A model generated the notes under the pieces. It saw only the letters and a list, made by a program, of their open reading frames with translations, made no database searches and had not been told where the DNA came from. Made by a program: the position numbers and the translations under genes. Shown here piece by piece: positions 43,587 to 47,855 of a DNA stretch of 47,855 nucleotides. Origin of the DNA: an uncultured Bdellovibrionales bacterium (GTDB lineage Bacteria; Bdellovibrionota; Bdellovibrionia; Bdellovibrionales; UBA1609); the NCBI GenBank assembly GCA_937936325.1, contig CALGWV010000031.1, positions 1 to 47,855 of the forward strand, written 5' to 3'. How positions within the stretch are numbered: the first letter of the stretch is position 1; every line of letters starts with the position of its first letter.

Positions 43587-44755
43587 TGGCAATAAAAGTA
43601 ATAAATGGTCTAACAACAACCTACACACTTTCTTCTGAGGAGAAACTTGAAAGCAGTGGAACTTATACAGGGCTTATAAGAGACTCAATTGATGAGGCGA
43701 TAAGATTGAACGCCAGTGACATTCATTTTGAACCTACAGAAAAAGGTTTTGTAATTCGGCACCGTATTTGTGGAAATCTTAAACTATTTTTTAATTTAGA
43801 AGAATCTAAAGATATTAAAATGCCGCCGGAGATTTTAAAAAATGGAATCACTACAACATTAAAATCTATTTCAAATATACCACTTGGAAGACAAAACGTT
43901 GCTCAAGACAGTGGAGTCAGTTTACCTAAACGAGGAGTAGACATTAGAGTTAACAAAATGCCGACCATTTATGGTGAAAAGTTTGTTTACCGCCTCTTTG
44001 ATAAAAATCAATCAACTGATCTAACCAAAATTGGCCTAACTCCTCAATCACTAAAGGACGTTATTGCAGCAACGAACAAGAAATCAGGACTGATTATTAT
44101 TACTAGTGAAACAGGAAGTGGTAAAACTTCTACAATTTATTCAATGATTGAGGCCATTGATAGGGGTTCACTAAATGTTTCAACTTTAGAAAATCCAGTT
44201 GAAAGAAACTTAAAAGGTGTGAATCACACAGCAGTAAATGACTCCTTCAGTTTTGCTGATGGGCTTAGAGCATTGATGAGGCAAGACCCAGATGTCATCG
44301 TTGTTGGAGAAATTAGAGATGAAGTGACCGCTAAACTTGCTGTAAGGGCAGCATCTACAGGGCACTTAGTTATCTCAACCATGCACACCAACACTGCTCT
44401 AAATATTCCTATGGTTTTTGAATACTATGGTGCTGACAAATTACAGATGATGAGATCGTTAATTTTAGGTGCGAATCAAAGACTAGTAAAAAGAATATGT
44501 CAAAACTGTGCATTATCTACCGAGAATGGATTCAAGAGAGCAAATGAAAAAGGATGTAGGCAATGTTTTTCTGGTTTTGAAAACAAAAGAGAGCTTCTCT
44601 TTGAATATTTCACAAGCGAGCAAATCAAAGAAAATATGGAATTGGGACTTAAGGTTTCAATGAATGAAATTTTTAACAATCTAGCAAAAAAAGGAGTCAT
44701 TGATGAACGTGAAATCTATCGTCAAGGTAGTTTGTTTAATTCAGACAGTGCTTAG
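43586..44755 (+). CDS. PilB/GspE-family secretion ATPase (short form, ATPase domain plus tetracysteine C-terminus)
   Basis: ASDIHFEP, Walker A SETGSGKTST, Asp box/Walker B LRALMRQDPDVIVVGEIRD, His box GHLVISTMHTN, CQNC...CRQC. TAATG overlap with the upstream gene. Confidence 0.8.
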   Translation: MAIKVINGLTTTYTLSSEEKLESSGTYTGLIRDSIDEAIRLNASDIHFEPTEKGFVIRHRICGNLKLFFNLEESKDIKMPPEILKNGITTTLKSISNIPLGRQNVAQDSGVSLPKRGVDIRVNKMPTIYGEKFVYRLFDKNQSTDLTKIGLTPQSLKDVIAATNKKSGLIIITSETGSGKTSTIYSMIEAIDRGSLNVSTLENPVERNLKGVNHTAVNDSFSFADGLRALMRQDPDVIVVGEIRDEVTAKLAVRAASTGHLVISTMHTNTALNIPMVFEYYGADKLQMMRSLILGANQRLVKRICQNCALSTENGFKRANEKGCRQCFSGFENKRELLFEYFTSEQIKENMELGLKVSMNEIFNNLAKKGVIDEREIYRQGSLFNSDSA

Positions 44756-45460
44756 TTTAAATCAAGCACTGGCAATTGATTTTTATAACGAGGGAATAGA
44801 CTACTGGCCTGAAGAAAAAAAGAAATAGCAGATACCACCAACAAAGGCTCTGCTAAAAAAATGCCAGACAAGTCTAAGAAAAAGTTTTCTTGGAAAGAAC
44901 ATTTAAACCCAAACAATGAGGAATTTTATAAAGAAGGAAACCATAGGCCACCAGCTCCATTTGTAGAGGTGGCAAAAAATCCTACAGATAAAAATATCTC
45001 AATGTGGCTTAAGTATCTTGAGATGAAAAATAAATTAGCATCAAGACTACAGAATAGAATTTCTGAGTACGTGCAAAAAAACAACAAAGTACCTATAGAG
45101 GTCAACTTAAAGGAGGTAAAGAAAGTAAATATTAAAAACGCAGGAAGGTTTAAGATCAGAATGTACTTTGAATCGACTTGTCCACACTGCAAGAGGATGA
45201 TGGCAACCCTAAACCAATTGCAAAATGAAGGATACTACGTTGAAGCTTTACAGCTAAACAAAGGCCCACTACTCAGGGCCAGTTATCCTTTAAGGTTAAG
45301 TAGTGCAAAAGCTGGTGATGCAACAAAACACAAAATAACAAGTGTTCCGTTTACATTAATAGCTGATCTTAAAAATAAAGTGATTTCAAAGCCGATTACT
45401 GGTTTTCAATCACCGGAACAAATTAAAAATATACTTCTTCTAATGGAGAAGAAAAACTAA
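44703..45460 (+). CDS. TraF/TrbB-like periplasmic thioredoxin-fold protein, split into two frames at a poly-A tract
   Basis: Frame 0 (44703-44825) encodes a signal peptide plus DFYNEGIDYWPEE, comparable to the GWQWYNE motif of F TraF. Frame -1 (open from 44813; annotated ORF 44861-45460) encodes the body with CPHC and a C-terminus collinear with TraF. The frames switch at A AAA AAG. Confidence 0.6.
44816..44822 (+). promoter_or_regulatory. Candidate -1 frameshift site A AAA AAG
   Basis: The heptamer is in the correct zero-frame phase (GAA AAA AAG). A TAG stop lies one codon (3 nt) downstream of the heptamer. The inverted repeat TAGCAG (44826-44831) / CTGCTA (44850-44855) follows. Confidence 0.4.
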
Positions 45461-45519
45461 ACAATAGCAAATCTCTACTACCACAAAAGCGAGCGAGCTA
45501 AAAAACACTAGGAGTTAAG

Positions 45520-45915
45520 ATGAATAGCATCTTATTGCACTCCCGTGGTTCGCTGAATGTACTCTACGAGCTGTGGGATAAACATAAACATTGGTTGATT
45601 ATTCTTGGAGCACTCTTGCTTCCACTACTTGTCATTGTAGCGGAGACGCACGCACAGGTAAAAATTCCAGGCCAAGATCAGTCTCAGAAATTGCAAGCAG
45701 CCGGAACACTGCTGCGTTTGATAGACACTGCTCTTTTTGTATGGCTTGCAAGAATTTTTGCAGGGCTATGTATCTTAAGTGCAGGCTGGCTCATTAAAGA
45801 ACAAAAATTCGGCCCTGCCGTAGTTTGCGTCTTAGGAGCTTTAATAATCGGAACCTCACCATTGTGGGTGATTAATATATTTGAAGTCGGCGGTGGCGGC
45901 GGTGTCTTTAGATAA
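45520..45915 (+). CDS. Conjugative-type (TraA/VirB2/TrbC-like) propilin
   Basis: Long leader ending AETHA|Q. The mature part has two hydrophobic helices separated by the basic loop KEQKFG. Gly5 C-terminal tail. It sits immediately upstream of TraL/TraE/TraK-like genes, the F-type order. Confidence 0.6.
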   Translation: MNSILLHSRGSLNVLYELWDKHKHWLIILGALLLPLLVIVAETHAQVKIPGQDQSQKLQAAGTLLRLIDTALFVWLARIFAGLCILSAGWLIKEQKFGPAVVCVLGALIIGTSPLWVINIFEVGGGGGVFR

Positions 45916-45929
45916 GGGAGGTATTAGAT

Positions 45930-46241
45930 ATGTATGATTATGATGAATTAAGAAAAACCCATCAAACCAAGATTAGTCAAACTCTAGACTCACCAATCAT
46001 GTTCGCTGATTTGTGGGAACTTAGAGACATTTTATTAAGTTTGATTTCAATTCTTGTATTCGGACTTATTTTCTACTCTTGGAAACTGTTAATTCTTTCG
46101 TTGATTTGGACTCTTTTAATAAATCCAAGGATTAAAAGAAATAACAACAGAGGGATTCTAATTCATTGGCCATACAAAATTTTTGGAATGGGCCTTAGAG
46201 GGTTAATGAACCCCAAAGGAAACAAACGGTATTCAGATTAA
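45930..46241 (+). CDS. traL: TraL-like type-F pilus assembly protein
   Basis: 103 aa. TLDSPIMFADLWELRDI followed by one long TM region, then NRGILIHWPYKIFGM, matching my recollection of the TraL family pattern. Confidence 0.6.
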   Translation: MYDYDELRKTHQTKISQTLDSPIMFADLWELRDILLSLISILVFGLIFYSWKLLILSLIWTLLINPRIKRNNNRGILIHWPYKIFGMGLRGLMNPKGNKRYSD

Positions 46242-46252
46242 GGAGAAAAATT

Positions 46253-46489
46253 ATGAGTAATTCAAATGATTCAAAAAATGAAACGAAAGGGAGAGATTTT
46301 TATGACCACAAACCTATTAGAGAATTTAAAGCGAGTATTTCTAAAAACGGAAAATTCTGGCTCTTTAAAGACATCACAACCCATATTGTCCCGAGGAAGT
46401 ATGTATCTAAAATTGATATGGACTTCAATCAAGAGCAAGTTGCTGATTCTAGCAGTGGCGATCAAAAGGCTGAACAACGAAATGCTTAG
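46253..46489 (+). CDS. Hypothetical small protein
   Basis: Strong AGGAG RBS 8 nt upstream. Its stop overlaps the next start (ATGCTTAG). Preferred over the competing long ORF that starts at 46266. Confidence 0.5.
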   Translation: MSNSNDSKNETKGRDFYDHKPIREFKASISKNGKFWLFKDITTHIVPRKYVSKIDMDFNQEQVADSSSGDQKAEQRNA

Positions 46490-47171
46490 TTCAATTGATA
46501 AGGGGGTTAAAGCGGCTGAAATCAGTCGCCCCCCTGCTGGAGTTTATGGTGATGTTGATCTCAGGGTGCTACCAAAATATATCAGCTATAAGGCATCAAA
46601 CTTAAGGGAGAAAACAAATCTTCATTTCGTGATGGGGCTTATGCTTTTAGCATGGATCTCAACTTTCGTTATTCAAAATAATAGAGTTGAGTATTGGCAG
46701 ACAAAATTTAGAGAAAAAGAGTTTATTCTTGTTCCATCTAAGATTGTCGGTCACACTCCCGCTACCCCACAATCAGTTCCAGACTCTTATGTGAAATTTG
46801 CTGTTAAGTCATTTATTCAAATGTCAGGTACAACAACGCCAAGTGGAATCAGGGATCAGCTAGAACGCTTTGCTGGCTATATGGAGAAAAAGCTTGGGTC
46901 TCGGTACTTAGCTGATATGGAGGAATGGATTGAGCTTTCTGAAAAGAAAGGACTCTATGAACAAGTTGAACATACCAATCTTAAATTTGCCTATCATAAA
47001 AAAAGTGGCGTCATTGATGTTGATGTTGTCTTAAGACGAGATCGAAGAGAGAACGCTGATTTTCTAGGAACGGCAATGGAAAAAATGAAGATGACCCTAC
47101 TTGTACAGCAACCCAAACCGGATCAAGAGTGGACGTTTAAGATCGTTAAATATTCACGAAAACCAATGTAG
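46482..47171 (+). CDS. traE: TraE-like type-F pilus assembly protein
   Basis: Single N-terminal TM (LHFVMGLMLLAWISTFVIQ) followed by a periplasmic domain. Position between the TraL-like and TraK-like genes. Start chosen at the ATG at 46482. Confidence 0.55.
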   Translation: MLSSIDKGVKAAEISRPPAGVYGDVDLRVLPKYISYKASNLREKTNLHFVMGLMLLAWISTFVIQNNRVEYWQTKFREKEFILVPSKIVGHTPATPQSVPDSYVKFAVKSFIQMSGTTTPSGIRDQLERFAGYMEKKLGSRYLADMEEWIELSEKKGLYEQVEHTNLKFAYHKKSGVIDVDVVLRRDRRENADFLGTAMEKMKMTLLVQQPKPDQEWTFKIVKYSRKPM

Positions 47172-47180
47172 AGGAGAAAC

Positions 47181-47768
47181 ATGAGATATTTTTATTTATT
47201 ATTTTATATGGCATTTTCTGTAAATGCGTTTGCAGAAGAAACTAAAGAAGTCTTTTTTGGAACATCAACTGAAACCATTACGATTCCATTTGGAGAGCCA
47301 ACGGTTTTAAAGTTTGAAAAGCGTATTAAAAGGTACAGTAATTCTTCAAGTTATATCATTAATCCTGAAGATGAGCTAAACCCCGATTATACTACTTTGA
47401 GTGTTGTTCCAAAATTCACTAAAGGAAGTGAGAAGATCACTTTCATTTTAGAAAACGAGAAAATCGCAAGGATCAGGTTTAAAACAGAGTTCAATGAAGA
47501 AAAAGAGTTTAAAGAACTCACATTTGAACTTCGAGCTAAATCACACCTTGATAAGTCAAAGGCCCCTCCCATTGGTGAGGTAGAATTATTAAAAGCGATG
47601 GTTGGAGACAATGAAGTTGCAGGGTTTTCTAGAAAAGTAGTTTCTAAAACTCTCAGATCGGGTCAAAAAGGCGTATCAAAGAAGCTTGTAAGGATCTATG
47701 AGGGAAGAAATATGAATGGGTATGTTTTTAAGCTCACAAGTCATTTGTACAGAAATAAGAGCCTGTAA
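47181..47768 (+). CDS. traK: TraK-like (secretin-like) T4SS protein, probably C-terminally short
   Basis: Signal peptide. KITFILENEKI parallels PFTFILETERG of F TraK. 195 aa versus about 240 aa for F TraK. Confidence 0.5.
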   Translation: MRYFYLLFYMAFSVNAFAEETKEVFFGTSTETITIPFGEPTVLKFEKRIKRYSNSSSYIINPEDELNPDYTTLSVVPKFTKGSEKITFILENEKIARIRFKTEFNEEKEFKELTFELRAKSHLDKSKAPPIGEVELLKAMVGDNEVAGFSRKVVSKTLRSGQKGVSKKLVRIYEGRNMNGYVFKLTSHLYRNKSL

Positions 47769-47855
47769 TTTAAATTGTGTAACTGCGATTTAATTTTTAT
47801 CGAATCTGTCACCGTATTCAATAGCGAACCTGTTCATGGCAGGTTTCCAATCTCT

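Noticed and set aside
46266-47171. Long 301-aa version of the TraE-like ORF
   Set aside because: Its first 72 codons overlap the better-signalled 46253-46489 gene (AGGAG RBS) in another frame. The ATG at 46482 gives a TraE-sized protein with classic stop/start overlap.

Overview
AT-rich Gram-negative chromosomal segment. The style (many signal-peptide proteins of unknown function, sigma-54 control) suggests a Bdellovibrio-like organism, but that is a low-confidence guess. Bases 1-13.3 kb are housekeeping backbone: an NfeD/SPFH pair, sucA, ffh, an ABC-2 exporter, trhO and an initiator tRNA-Met. This backbone is interrupted by a tandem array of divergent secreted paralogs and by three kinds of about 100-185 bp hairpin/MITE-like repeats. 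Everything after the tRNA (13.3 kb to the window end) looks like accessory DNA, in four blocks. (i) A HigB/HigA-type toxin-antitoxin pair and small orphan genes. (ii) A metal-resistance block: a CusCBA-type and a CzcCBA-type HME-RND operon placed divergently around a CsoR-family repressor with recognisable operators, plus two CDF transporters and an ICMT/CzcN-like protein. (iii) A tightly coupled sigma-54-driven operon encoding an NtrC-type response regulator, a radical SAM/SPASM maturase, a small acidic exported protein, an orphan family-5 solute-binding protein and a hybrid histidine kinase. (iv) An F-type-like conjugative pilus/T4SS cluster (pilin, TraL, TraE, TraK, TraF/TrbB-like, TraU-like) that also contains a coupling-protein-like ATPase fused in frame to the TraU-like domain and a PilB/GspE-type ATPase. 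The best candidate for an undescribed system is block (iii). Its predicted enhancer motif (GTCCCA/TGGGAC, including an exact 14-mer) recurs in front of a second sigma-54-type promoter at the head of block (iv), suggesting a signalling module that controls the pilus/T4SS genes. All homology calls rest on motif recognition by eye and on remembered family signatures. No searches were run.
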